Of a stretch of 63,901 bases of DNA, positions 1 to 9,429 are shown piece after piece; within the stretch, counting starts at the first letter, position 1; each line of letters opens with the position of its first letter. This DNA is from a bacterium (lineage in GTDB: Bacteria > Myxococcota_A > UBA9042). The stretch covers positions 1 to 63,901 of the forward strand of contig JAUIAC010000004.1 in the NCBI GenBank assembly GCA_030425545.1, in the 5' to 3' direction. Made by a program: the position numbers and the translations under genes. The notes below the pieces were generated by a model. The model was not told the DNA's origin. It searched no databases and saw only the letters and a list, made by a program, of their open reading frames with translations.

Positions 1-84
1 GACAGCGCGCCCCGAGACAGCGCCTGTCGCGACGAGCGGGGACGGTCGTCGTCGTGCACGACGCTCCGCGGAGCGAGAGCGCGG

Positions 85-1140
85 CTACTCGGCCGGGCCC
101 TCGGGGCCGCCGGCGCCGCCAGCGATGGGGGCGGGACCTGGCGGTGGCGCGACCGGCGGTGGCGTCGTCGGTGGTGGGGCGCTCGGCGGCGGGGCGCTCG
201 GCGGTGGGCCGGGGGGCGGCCCGGCGGACGGCGCCGGCTCCTGCTGCGCGTCGGCCAGGCTCGCTGGCTTCTTCATCATCTCCGGCTGCTCGGCGTCGGG
301 GTCGAAGGGCGCGAGCTCCAACATCAGCACGGTGATGTTGTCGTGACCGCCGGCCTCTTTGGCCAGCTCGACCAGCGACGCTGTCGCCTCGTCCGGGTCC
401 TCGACCTCGCCGAGCACGCGCGCGATGACGTCGTCCTTGATGAGATCGGTCAGCCCGTCGCTGCACAGCAAGATGCGATCGCCCTGCTTGACCGTCGTCC
501 AGGTGATGTCGACCGTCACGCGCTCGTGCAGGCCGACGGCGCGCACGATGACGTTCTTGTACGGGAAGGTCTCCACATCCTCCGGTCGGAGCATGTTCAT
601 CTTCACGTACTCGTTGACCAGGCTGTGGTCCTCGGTCAGCTGCACCAGCTCGCCGCGCCGCATCCGGTAGACCCGGCTGTCGCCGACGTTGGCGACGTAG
701 AGCCGTGAGCCGGCAAAGGCGCAGGCCACCACGGTCGTGCCCATGTCGCGGAGCGCTTCGTGCTGCTGCGACAGGCGGTACACCGAGATGTTGGCGCTCT
801 CCGCCGCCTTGCGCAGCCGCAGGGCGTGAAAGCTGGGGTCGCGAGAGCTCTTGGGCAGCTGCTTCACGGCCTGCTTGTGGGCCGCCTTGACGCGCTTGGT
901 GATGTCGTCCGAGTCGTAGAAGGCCATCATGGCCTCTACGGCGAACTGCGACGCAACCTCACCACAGTTGTGGCCCCCCATGCCGTCCGCGACGACGTAG
1001 AGGCCCGCCTCTGGGTGCGCGAGCAGACTGTCCTCGTTCCCTTCGCGCACCAAGCCGACGTCCGTCGCTCCGCTGAAGCGGATCGAGAACGGCTCTTTCT
1101 TCGAGCGCTTGGTGCTGTTGGATGAACGCTCAGCGGGCAT
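85..1140 (-). CDS. PP2C-family Ser/Thr protein phosphatase with Pro-rich C-terminal tail
   Basis: ORF 85..1176(-). It has the PPM motifs GATDVGLVREGNEDS, VADGMGGH, LLCSDGL and GGHDNITV. The ATG at 1140 is preceded by AGGTGG; the GTG at 1176 is an alternative start. The tail reads PPPGPPPSAPPPSAPPPTTPPPVAPPP. Confidence 0.9.
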   Translation of the reverse strand: MPAERSSNSTKRSKKEPFSIRFSGATDVGLVREGNEDSLLAHPEAGLYVVADGMGGHNCGEVASQFAVEAMMAFYDSDDITKRVKAAHKQAVKQLPKSSRDPSFHALRLRKAAESANISVYRLSQQHEALRDMGTTVVACAFAGSRLYVANVGDSRVYRMRRGELVQLTEDHSLVNEYVKMNMLRPEDVETFPYKNVIVRAVGLHERVTVDITWTTVKQGDRILLCSDGLTDLIKDDVIARVLGEVEDPDEATASLVELAKEAGGHDNITVLMLELAPFDPDAEQPEMMKKPASLADAQQEPAPSAGPPPGPPPSAPPPSAPPPTTPPPVAPPPGPAPIAGGAGGPEGPAE

Positions 1141-1271
1141 GTGACCACCTGTCGACCGCGTCCGCGGTACGGGCACGATGCCGCACAGGTGAGGGGCACG
1201 CCCTCGACTGCAGCGGTCGCCGTGAAGGAACGGGCGGAAGGCTATCCACCGACGGGGTAAAGATGCCCCAA

Positions 1272-1288
1272 AGCGGACAGAGTGCCAA
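1272..1288 (-). promoter_or_regulatory. sigma-54-like -24/-12 element upstream of the PP2C gene
   Basis: The minus strand reads TTGGCACTCTGTCCGCTT. The -24 box TGGCAC is perfect and GG-N10-GC spacing is kept. The -12 box is CCGC rather than TTGC. It sits about 100-135 nt upstream of the PP2C start. Confidence 0.3.
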
Positions 1289-1357
1289 GAACAGGGCAGG
1301 CGACGGCAGGTTTACTGCGTTCTCAGCCCCATGGCGTCCGCGGTTTCGGCGGCGCGT

Positions 1358-1636
1358 TTACTCGCCGTTGACACGCCGCTTGAGCTCGAGGCCGACCTTG
1401 AAGAAGGGCATGCGCTTCGAAGCCACGTTCACCGGCTCGCCCGTCTTGGGGTTGCGGCCCGTGTACGCGTCGTAGTCCCGCACCGTGAAGTTACCGAAGT
1501 TACGGATCTCGATGCGCTCGCCACGCTTCATGGCTTCGACCATTTGGTCGAAGATTTCGTTGACGACGATGCTGGCCTTGTCTTTGGTCAGCCCCGCGTT
1601 CTGAGCGATGGCTTCGATCAGGTCCGACTTGGTCAT
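1358..1636 (-). CDS. ihfB: integration host factor beta subunit (HU/IHF family DNA-bending protein)
   Basis: The 92-aa product starts MTKSDLIEAIA. It contains GERIEIRNFGNFTVR and GRNPKTGEPV, then FFKVGLELKRRVN. This closely parallels E. coli IhfB (MTKSELIE, GERIEIRGFGSF, GRNPKTGDKV). Confidence 0.9.
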   Translation of the reverse strand: MTKSDLIEAIAQNAGLTKDKASIVVNEIFDQMVEAMKRGERIEIRNFGNFTVRDYDAYTGRNPKTGEPVNVASKRMPFFKVGLELKRRVNGE

Positions 1637-1696
1637 TGGAAGTCTCCGGACGGTTTAGGGTTCTGCCCCGTGCAAGCGGGCTCGCTCGGGAGGGGC

Positions 1697-1725
1697 GGTT
1701 TACACGGCAGGCCTAGACGCGTCAA
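1697..1725 (-). promoter_or_regulatory. candidate sigma-70-type promoter for ihfB
   Basis: The minus strand reads TTGACG-N17-TAAACC, about 60 nt upstream of the ihfB ATG. The -10 box is weak. Confidence 0.3.
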
Positions 1726-1809
1726 GGGTGCCGGACGAAAAAAACCGCATAGTTATCGGTCATGTCCCGCCGCCCGAGCGCTTCGCGCCGCGACGCGTCA
1801 CGGGCGCTT

Positions 1810-1866
1810 CTAGCAGACTGCGGCGAAATTGATTGTCGCCGCAATCTGCTAGATTTTCTGTTTCTT
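1810..1866 (+). terminator. strong hairpin followed by a T-rich tract (orphan intrinsic-terminator-like structure or palindromic operator)
   Basis: The arms are CTAGCAGACTGCGGCG (1810-1825) and CGCCGCAATCTGCTAG (1837-1852), giving 16 bp with one mismatch. The loop is 11 nt. The plus strand continues ATTTTCTGTTTCTT. No plus-strand CDS lies upstream. Read on the minus strand it is about 270 nt downstream of the 2119..4326 gene but has no U-tail. Confidence 0.4.
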
Positions 1867-2118
1867 GGGGGAGCAAGCCCCCTGAGGCGCAGCCGAAGGA
1901 GACGGGCGCGCTAGATGCTGAATTGCCTGGTCGCGACAGCGAACTGGCACGACACCTACGAGCGCCCCCAGCCACCGCAAGCCTTGGCTTCCCCTACCCA
2001 GCAGACTGACCGGCGTGGCCGCAAGAACGGAGAAAAGGCGCAGTCTGCTAGGCCCATAGAGCCGGCAATCCGCAAGGGGCGCCAGCCCGCGAGGTCGGGG
2101 CGTGGCTCAGGGCCCCGT

Positions 2119-4326
2119 TCAGGAGCACTTCAGGTTTTTGGTGGGGCTGACCGGCGGGTACTTGGGCGTCACCAGGTTGCCCTTGTTGTCGGCGCCTTTG
2201 CACGGCTTGAACAGCTTCTGCTTGGCCGCGGTCGTCGTGGCCTTGGGATCGTAGCTGATCTGACCGACGCACCACATGTCGCGCTCGTTCAGGGCCGGGC
2301 CGACCTGGTCGATGACGAGCTGCTTGTCGACATAGATGCGGATCCGCGGCGTCGACGCGCCGAGGTTCGCGTCGTCCCACGCGTAGACGCTGATGGTGTA
2401 GTCCACGCCGGTCTCCGGGATCGGGATCGCGATGTTCTCCGGCCCCCAGCCGTCTTGGTCGTCGAGCTCCACCTTCGGGTTGTCCGCGAGGTCGAAGGGA
2501 TCGCCCCACTCCGGCGCGGGGTTGAGCCAGAAGCAGTCGAAACAGGGCGCCCACCACCAGTCCGGCTCCTTGTTGCCGTCGAGATCGGGCTGGCCGCTCA
2601 CGCTGGTGGCGTCCGGGTGCGCCAGGTGCAGATCGAGATCGGCGCCCTTGCCGTCGGTCTTGTCCTTGTCGTTGGGCGTGTCCCAGGTCAGCTCGATGTG
2701 CAGCTTGTTGTTCGGCACCACGGTCAACACCGACACGGCGGGCTTGCAGCTCGGCGTCCCGACGTCGTCGTTGACCTGCAGCTCGAGCGTGTACTCCCCA
2801 GCCACGTTCGGCGTGAAGTTGACGCACTGCACCTTGTTGTTGGGGGTCAGCGCGGCCTGCGAGGCGTCGGGCTGTTTGAGCGACCAGGTGTAGTTGGCGA
2901 TGACGTGGCCCGCGCCGGCCGTGCTGCACTTGCTGCAGATCTTCACCGGCGTCTGCGGCACCACCTCGTTGCTCGGCTGGACGCTGTCGACACACGCCAC
3001 GGGGCACTTCAGCTCCGCGGCCTTGCAGGTGATGTCGAGCACCCGATCGTCGAGGTCCTTGGACTGAATCACCACCGTGCCCTTGATCTCCGATCCCAGC
3101 GACGAGGGCGTGCACACCACGCGAAAGCTCTCCTGCGCGTTGGGCTGCACCACCAGCGGCTTCTCGCTGGTCGGGCCGACGCTGCCCTCGAAGCTGCCCG
3201 TGGAGAAGTCGAGCTTGATGTCGGCGCTCGTCCCCTCGCCGAGGGCGATGGACTGCACCGTGACCTCCTCGGTCCCGCAGCCGTCGAGCAGCACCTCGAT
3301 CGGCTTGGGTTGCCCGACGCCCACCTCACCGAACGCGAGCGCACCCGGGCTGGGCTTGAGGCAAGGGCCCGACGAGTTGGCGTTGACGAAGATCTTGTCG
3401 ACCCCGGCGTTGCTGGTGCTGTTGCTGGTGATCTGCAGGGTCGCGCCGATCTGCTCCTCGACCTCGAGCTTGCCGAGGGTGATCACGAAGCCCACCGACT
3501 TGCCTGGCGTGACCGTGACCACCGGCGTGCCGGTGTAGGGCTCCGTCAGCGAGACCGTCGCCGCGGCGGTGCCGGGCACGCTCTCGATGCCTACCGTCAC
3601 GGGCGGCTGCGTCGTGCTGAAGAGCTCGACCTTCTTCAGGGTCACGGGCGCGGTGCCGACGTTGGTGCACTTCACCGTGTTGGTCTGCGGCTCGCCCTTG
3701 GCCTTGACGGTGCCAAAGTTGACCACCGACGCGGCGCAGGTCAGCCGTGGCACGCCGAGCGTGGTCTCGAAGTTCACCGTGACCGAGGGCGTCTCCGGAT
3801 CGCCCTCGAGCTCGAGCGTGAGCGTCGCCTTGCGCGCGCCCGCGCTGGCCGTGTGGGTGTAGACGATCTCGAAGCCGACGCCGGTCTTGGCGCCGCTCGG
3901 CTTGCAGGCGTCGTCGTTGTAGCCGCTGGGGATGACCGCGGCGAAGTCGGCCGCCGCGCAGGGCTTCCCGCTCGGGCCCACACACGTGAAGGTGGGCGCC
4001 GACACCGGCTTGCCGGCCCCGTCGGTCTCGCTCAGGGTCACAGACTTGACCGTCAGGGGCGCGGCCGTCACCGCGCTGGCGATGTTCGTGACCTGGAAGG
4101 GGAAGCGTCGCTCGCCGCCGCTCGCCGTGTTGGCGTCGAAGGTGTAGCTGGCCTTGGCCGTGCCGAGCTGGTCGTTGAGCGCGACCACCGCCTTCTTGTC
4201 GATGCCCGACGAGGTGGACTCAGAGCAGGTGCCGGGCTGGCCGTCGCTGCCACAGCCCGCCAGTGACACGGTCGCCGTGACGAGGAGTGCGACAGCCGCG
4301 AGGTGGAGACGAGAGACGCGAGACAT
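2119..4326 (-). CDS. Ig-repeat lipoprotein, paralog A of a 4-member family (Ig-like/PKD-like repeats plus conserved C-terminal DLDLH...DDxDGxGPEN module)
   Basis: This is the internal start of ORF 2119..4773. MSRVSRLHLAAVALLVTATVSLAGC gives a lipobox signal. The Arg-rich N-terminal extension of the ORF is discarded. Repeats of the type VNFGTVKAKGEPQTNTVKCTNVGTAPVTLKKVEL are present. The C-terminus reads LHIELTWDTPNDKD...ADLDLHLAHP...ELDDQDGWGPENI...RIRIYV. Confidence 0.85.
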   Translation of the reverse strand: MSRVSRLHLAAVALLVTATVSLAGCGSDGQPGTCSESTSSGIDKKAVVALNDQLGTAKASYTFDANTASGGERRFPFQVTNIASAVTAAPLTVKSVTLSETDGAGKPVSAPTFTCVGPSGKPCAAADFAAVIPSGYNDDACKPSGAKTGVGFEIVYTHTASAGARKATLTLELEGDPETPSVTVNFETTLGVPRLTCAASVVNFGTVKAKGEPQTNTVKCTNVGTAPVTLKKVELFSTTQPPVTVGIESVPGTAAATVSLTEPYTGTPVVTVTPGKSVGFVITLGKLEVEEQIGATLQITSNSTSNAGVDKIFVNANSSGPCLKPSPGALAFGEVGVGQPKPIEVLLDGCGTEEVTVQSIALGEGTSADIKLDFSTGSFEGSVGPTSEKPLVVQPNAQESFRVVCTPSSLGSEIKGTVVIQSKDLDDRVLDITCKAAELKCPVACVDSVQPSNEVVPQTPVKICSKCSTAGAGHVIANYTWSLKQPDASQAALTPNNKVQCVNFTPNVAGEYTLELQVNDDVGTPSCKPAVSVLTVVPNNKLHIELTWDTPNDKDKTDGKGADLDLHLAHPDATSVSGQPDLDGNKEPDWWWAPCFDCFWLNPAPEWGDPFDLADNPKVELDDQDGWGPENIAIPIPETGVDYTISVYAWDDANLGASTPRIRIYVDKQLVIDQVGPALNERDMWCVGQISYDPKATTTAAKQKLFKPCKGADNKGNLVTPKYPPVSPTKNLKCS

Positions 4327-4358
4327 GGAGCCTCCTGGGCGGGGCCACAGGGGGGCCG

Positions 4359-6746
4359 TCACTTGCACTTGCCGCCGAGACTCTTGGCGAACTTGGGCGA
4401 GTAGCCCTTGGTGATCTTGCCGTTGGCGGTGCCGCCGCTCACGTCGAGCAGCTTGCCCGAGGGCCACTCGATGTCCTTGACCCACCAGAAGTCGCACTCG
4501 GACATGACCGTGGAGGTCATGTCGGCCTTGAGCACGCCCAAGATGTAGATGCGCACGTTGGCCGTCGAGTCGCCGTAGTCGTGGTTGTCCCAGTAGTGCA
4601 CGCCCACCCGGTAGACCTTGTTGTTCTCGGGCTCCTTCAGGTTGAGGTTCTCGGGCCCCCAGCCGTCGGTGTCGTCGAGATCCAGCGTCGGGTTGTCCTG
4701 CACGGTGGGGTCCTGGCTGCCCCAGTTGGGCGCGGCGTTGAACCAGAACACATCGTACAGGCCGTGGAACCACGGGTCAGCCTTGCCGTCCTTGTCGAGG
4801 TCGTCCTGACACTTGCAGGGGTTGACGCCGCACATCTCCGCGGGGGTCTTGCAGATCTTGCTCGCCGCCGCGCTGGGGTGGGCGAAGTGCAGGTCCATGT
4901 CGCTGCCGTTGCCGAGCCCGGAGTCGAGCTTGTCGAGGTCGCCGGGCGTGTCCCACAGCAGCTCCACGTGAATCGCCTGGTCGGGGATCACCAAGATGGT
5001 CTGCTTGGCCGCGACGCAGCCCTCGTTGCCGGCGTCGTCCCACACCTCGAGCTGGAACACGTACTCGCCCGCGATGTTGACGGTGATGTAGTCCGTGCCG
5101 TCCTTGCTCGTCTTGGCGCCGAACTTCACGTCGGGCGCGCCCGCGTTGGGCCAGAACTTGTGGTCGCCAGAGCCCTTGGGCTGCTTGAGCACCGTCCACT
5201 TCCACTTGTCGACCTTCTGGTTGGGGCCCGCGAAGCTCTGCGCGCCGACGAGGTTCAGCTCCTGCTGCGGGATGATCTCCTCGCCCTCCTGGCTGACGAT
5301 GACCGGCGTCGGGCAGTTGGTCTTGGTGCCCCAGCACGAGAGCGCGATCTTCTTGTCCTGCTGAATCGTGTTGTCCGCCACGCCGATGCTCGCCGTGTAG
5401 GCAGCTGGCTTGCCGTCCTTGTCCTTCTTCTCCTCCTCGGGGGAGCAGAGCACCTCGACCGTCACCTGCTCGTTGGTCTTGAGCACGATGGCGTTGTCCT
5501 CCGACACCGGCTTGCCACCGAGGCCCTTCACGTCGGCCGTGTTGAGCTTGAAGATGTCGTCCTTGTCGTCGCCGAGATCCAGCCCGGTCACCCGCACGTC
5601 GGCGTCACCACAGCTCTGCAAGATGACCTTGCGCGAGCCCTCGGTGCCGATCGGCACGAAGCCGAAGTTCACCTGCGTCGCGGGGATGATCTTCAGGCAG
5701 GGGACCTTCTGGTTCGCGAGCACGCTCACCGAGTGTCGGCCGTCCTTCTTGGTGCCGCCCTTGTCGTTGGTCCACACGTGGATCACGTCCTGGTAGGGCG
5801 CGGGCGACGTGGCGGTGTAGGTGACGATGACCGGCTCGGACTTCTGCGGATCCACCGAGATGGGCGGCTCGAAGACCGCGACCGAGCCGCCCTTGTAGGT
5901 CTTGCCGCCGATCTCGACCTCGATTGGTTTGCCGTTGTTGGGCGTGATGTCGAGCTTGCTGACCAGCAGCGGCGCCTCGCCAGCGTTGGTGATGTTGAAC
6001 TTCTTGGGGGTCGCCTCGCCGAGCTTGGCCGTGCCCAGCTCCACCAGGTTCGGCACCACGGCCTTGGGGGCGCCGACCTTGGTGCTGAAGGTCACGCGGT
6101 AGGGCTTGCCGTCGAACTCCTCGTCGTTCTGAACGAAGACCGAGAGCACCACACGGCGGACGATCTCGTCGTCCTGCTTCTTGAAGCGCACGACCACGTC
6201 GAGGCTCTTGCGCGCCGTGCCCGTGGTGCAGAAGCTCGCGTCGGCTCCGGGCGGGGTGACCGAGCCGAGGTCGGCGTCGGCGCAGTCCACCAGCGTGCCG
6301 GTGCCGTCGTCGACGAGGCACTCGAAGGGCTTGCCGTTGTCGCTGGCGCCCTCCGGCTTGGTGTAGCTGATCGAGACGCCGGTGACCTTGAGCTCGAGCG
6401 CCAGGTCGGCCTGCTTCACGTTCTGAATCGACAGGGTCGTGTCCACCGCGGTGCCGGCGTCGATGCCGCCAGCGGCGACGTTGATGGTGCTGCCGCTCTT
6501 GACCGACTGGCCGGCGTTGAACACCTGCATGTCCGCGCGGAGGTCGATGCCCGTGCCGGCGCCCTGCTTGTCACATGCCGACCCGCCCCCGCTGGCGCCG
6601 CCGCTGCTGCTACCGCCGCCGTCCCCCTCGCCGCTGTCGGTGCCACAGCCGGAGGCCAGGGCTGCGCACAGCGCCAGGACGAGGCAAGAGGTCCAGGTCG
6701 AGGTCCGAGGTGCCGGGAGCCAGGGCTGGGTCGGGAGTCGCTGCAT
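4359..6746 (-). CDS. Ig-repeat lipoprotein, paralog B
   Basis: The start MQRLPTQPW...LCAALASGC provides a lipobox. It lies 32 nt upstream of paralog A. A PKD-like segment (YVFQLEVWDDAGNEG) is present. The C-terminus reads IHVELLWDTPGD...SDMDLHFAHP...DLDDTDGWGPENLNL...VGVHYWDNHDYG...VRIYILG. Confidence 0.85.
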   Translation of the reverse strand: MQRLPTQPWLPAPRTSTWTSCLVLALCAALASGCGTDSGEGDGGGSSSGGASGGGSACDKQGAGTGIDLRADMQVFNAGQSVKSGSTINVAAGGIDAGTAVDTTLSIQNVKQADLALELKVTGVSISYTKPEGASDNGKPFECLVDDGTGTLVDCADADLGSVTPPGADASFCTTGTARKSLDVVVRFKKQDDEIVRRVVLSVFVQNDEEFDGKPYRVTFSTKVGAPKAVVPNLVELGTAKLGEATPKKFNITNAGEAPLLVSKLDITPNNGKPIEVEIGGKTYKGGSVAVFEPPISVDPQKSEPVIVTYTATSPAPYQDVIHVWTNDKGGTKKDGRHSVSVLANQKVPCLKIIPATQVNFGFVPIGTEGSRKVILQSCGDADVRVTGLDLGDDKDDIFKLNTADVKGLGGKPVSEDNAIVLKTNEQVTVEVLCSPEEEKKDKDGKPAAYTASIGVADNTIQQDKKIALSCWGTKTNCPTPVIVSQEGEEIIPQQELNLVGAQSFAGPNQKVDKWKWTVLKQPKGSGDHKFWPNAGAPDVKFGAKTSKDGTDYITVNIAGEYVFQLEVWDDAGNEGCVAAKQTILVIPDQAIHVELLWDTPGDLDKLDSGLGNGSDMDLHFAHPSAAASKICKTPAEMCGVNPCKCQDDLDKDGKADPWFHGLYDVFWFNAAPNWGSQDPTVQDNPTLDLDDTDGWGPENLNLKEPENNKVYRVGVHYWDNHDYGDSTANVRIYILGVLKADMTSTVMSECDFWWVKDIEWPSGKLLDVSGGTANGKITKGYSPKFAKSLGGKCK

Positions 6747-6908
6747 GGTGGGTTCTCCAGTGGGCGTCGCGCCCCGCGTCTTGGAGCGTTTCGCGCGCGG
6801 AAAGGTAGCAGAGCCGCCAGGGCGTCGCACGGCCGGAGCCGAAATGCGACGCGGGCGCCAGGGAGCGATCCCTGACGCCCGCGCGCTGACAGGTAGTCGG
6901 CGGCAGGC

Positions 6909-9287
6909 TCAGGGAGCCTTGCACGCGCTCGCCGAAGCACCGGACTGCGTCGCGGTGAAGGCGGGGTTGATGTAGCACTTGGTGATGCACCAGGCGCCCT
7001 TGGGCTGCCACAGCTTGCCCGGCTTGGTCTTGTCGCAGGGGTCGCCGCTCTGGTAGCAGATCTGGAAGGGATCCACCGTAATGCCCTTGGTGCTCATGGA
7101 GTTGGGCCAGTTGATCTTGCCCACGTACCACATGTCGAGCACGTCCATCTCGACCTTGTCGATCTGCAGCGCCAGCACACCCATGATGTAGATGTTGACC
7201 GTGGCGTACGAGGTGCCGAAGCCGTGGTCGTTCCAGTAGTGAACACCCACGTGGTAGTACTTCGGCGCGCCGACCTTGCCCTCGGGCTCGTCGAGGTTGA
7301 GGTTCTCGGGGCCTGCGCCGTCGGTGTCGTCGAGGTCGAGCGAGGGGTCGTCGTTGACGGCCGGGTTCACGCTGCCCCAGTTCGGGTTCGGGTTGAACCA
7401 GAAGGTGTCGAAGGGGTTGCTGAACCAGGGGTCCGGCTTGCTGTCGCAGTCGATGTCCGGGCCGCTCGCGAGCGGGTGCGCGAAGTGGAGGTCCATGTCG
7501 GCGCCGGCGGCCGGTCCGGTGTCGGTCTCGTCCGGGTCGGCGGGCGTCTTCCACAGCAGCTCGACGTGAATCGCCTCCTCGGGCAGCACCAGCACGGTGA
7601 CACACGCCGGCGCGCAGGACTTCACGTCGCCCTGGTCGGTGACCTCGAGGCAGAACTCGTACTCACCCGCGGCGTTGGCCGTGAAGGTGGGGTTGGGGAA
7701 GCTGGTCGAGGGCACGAAGACCTGGTTCGAGCCGCCGGGCTGCTTCACCGACCACTTGTAGGTCTTGATGCTGCCGCCGCCGGTGGGCTGGCTCTGGTCA
7801 CCCTTGAGGTGGAGCATGGTCTGCGGGATGACCTCCTCGCCCTCCTTGATGATGATCTTGGCGGTCGGGCAGGTCTGCACCACCCCGATGCCCTCGCAGA
7901 GCACCGAGTTCTTCGAGTCGAAGGCGTTGGTGGTCAGCTTGACCTCAGCGATGTCCGGCTTGGGCTTGCCCGTGTTGGGGTCGACCTTGCTCTCGTCCTC
8001 GGGCGTGTAGATGACCTCGAACTCGGCCTCGCTGTTGACGCCGATCTTCAGGGGCTTGTCCTTGGTCGGGCCGGTCTTCGGGTCGACGCCGGTCATCTTC
8101 TTGAAGTCGAAGGTGAACTCGTCGCTGTTGCCCGCGTCGCCGAACTCGATCTTGTCGACCACCAGCTCGGCGCCGCCGCAGCTCTTCACGCGAATCACGC
8201 GCGGGGTCGGGGTCCCGAGCTTCACGCCGCCGAAGTTCAGCGTGCCGGCGGGCTCCAGCTGCATGCAGGGCACCTTGGCGTTGGCCAGAATGGGCAGCTC
8301 GCCGCCCTTGGGGGTCGGGTCGTTGGTGATGACCGTGATGGTCCCCTGCTTCTTGTGGGGATCCTTGGGCTCGAAGCGGATCTTGAAGTCCTGCTTCTCG
8401 TTCGGCTTGACCGAGAGCGGCGGGTCGAAGAGCACGAGGTCGCCGGGCTTGAACTCCTTGCCGTCCGCCAGGAGCGTGAACACCTTGTCGGCCGAGAACT
8501 CGATCTTCGAGATCTCGAGGATGGCGTCACCGCTGTTGACGACGCTGAAGTCCTTCTCCGCCTTGGTGTCGGGCGAGACCTGGTCGAAGGAGACCAGCTG
8601 GGGCGACATGGTGATCTTCGGCGAGCCGGCCTTGGTGTCGAAGCGCAGCAGGAACTCGCTGCTGAAGAAGTCCGGGTCGCCGGCGAGCTTGATGAAGACG
8701 TTGGCCTTGCGCGCGTTGTCGTCGTAGCGCTTGTAGCGGATGATGAAGGTCTCTTCGTTGCTCCACGAGGCGCCGTTGCTCACGCCGCCGGGCGCGATGG
8801 GCAGAAAGGCCGGGGTCGGCGCGTCGCAGGGGGTCACCCCGTCGCCCTTGAAGCACTGGAAGGCGAGGCCGTCGGCCTCGGCCGGGCTGGCCGCGTTGTA
8901 CTCGACGCGGATGCCGCGGATCTCGAGCAGCGCCGCCGTGGCGATGTTGGCGTTGTTGCGGACCTTGAACTTCAGGTCGATGGTGCCGCCGGTCGCGACG
9001 TTGCCCACCGGCACGCTGATGATGCCGCCGTTCTTGACGCCGCCGCCGGTCGCCGCCTCGAGCAGCTCGACATCGGCGATGCAGTTCACCGCGCCGCCAC
9101 CGCCGGCGATGCACGCCGTCTCGCCACCACCGCTGTTGCTGCCGTTGGGCCCTGTGCCGTCGGGATCTGTCCCGCAGGCCGCGAGCGCCACCAGGGCGAA
9201 CGCGAGCGTGACCCGCCCGCTGAGCGTGCCGATGGGGCCGCCCGTGCGCCGTGCACGGGGGAAGTTTGAGCTGAGTGCACCAAACAT
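6909..9287 (-). CDS. Ig-repeat lipoprotein, paralog C
   Basis: The start MFGALSSNFPRARR...LVALAAC provides a lipobox. The C-terminus reads IHVELLWKTPADPDETD...ADMDLHFAHP...DLDDTDGAGPENLNL...VGVHYWNDHGFG...VNIYIMG. Confidence 0.85.
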   Translation of the reverse strand: MFGALSSNFPRARRTGGPIGTLSGRVTLAFALVALAACGTDPDGTGPNGSNSGGGETACIAGGGGAVNCIADVELLEAATGGGVKNGGIISVPVGNVATGGTIDLKFKVRNNANIATAALLEIRGIRVEYNAASPAEADGLAFQCFKGDGVTPCDAPTPAFLPIAPGGVSNGASWSNEETFIIRYKRYDDNARKANVFIKLAGDPDFFSSEFLLRFDTKAGSPKITMSPQLVSFDQVSPDTKAEKDFSVVNSGDAILEISKIEFSADKVFTLLADGKEFKPGDLVLFDPPLSVKPNEKQDFKIRFEPKDPHKKQGTITVITNDPTPKGGELPILANAKVPCMQLEPAGTLNFGGVKLGTPTPRVIRVKSCGGAELVVDKIEFGDAGNSDEFTFDFKKMTGVDPKTGPTKDKPLKIGVNSEAEFEVIYTPEDESKVDPNTGKPKPDIAEVKLTTNAFDSKNSVLCEGIGVVQTCPTAKIIIKEGEEVIPQTMLHLKGDQSQPTGGGSIKTYKWSVKQPGGSNQVFVPSTSFPNPTFTANAAGEYEFCLEVTDQGDVKSCAPACVTVLVLPEEAIHVELLWKTPADPDETDTGPAAGADMDLHFAHPLASGPDIDCDSKPDPWFSNPFDTFWFNPNPNWGSVNPAVNDDPSLDLDDTDGAGPENLNLDEPEGKVGAPKYYHVGVHYWNDHGFGTSYATVNIYIMGVLALQIDKVEMDVLDMWYVGKINWPNSMSTKGITVDPFQICYQSGDPCDKTKPGKLWQPKGAWCITKCYINPAFTATQSGASASACKAP

Positions 9288-9429
9288 AGAAGTTCCTCTC
9301 TTCGCGTCGGGACCGCGGGGGGCCGTCTGGCCGTCGCAACAAGCGCTGTGCCTACCTGCGACGCGGACCGTGCGTACCTGAGTTCGCGTACAAGACCCGG
9401 GCTGTCCCCGAGACCTGCGAGACCCACCC

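Noticed and set aside
54-346. Plus-strand ORFs 54..335 and 125..346 lie at the window edge.
   Set aside because: They lie antisense to the Pro-rich tail of the PP2C gene, so poly-Pro codons read as poly-Gly/Arg on the other strand. There is no independent support.
1915-9269. Long plus-strand ORFs (1915..4266, 4287..6875, 7224..9269) lie opposite the three paralogous lipoprotein genes.
   Set aside because: Their translations are Arg/Gly/Leu/Val/His-rich and low in complexity, with no recognisable domains. The minus-strand frames carry lipoboxes, Ig/PKD motifs and a module conserved across four paralogs.
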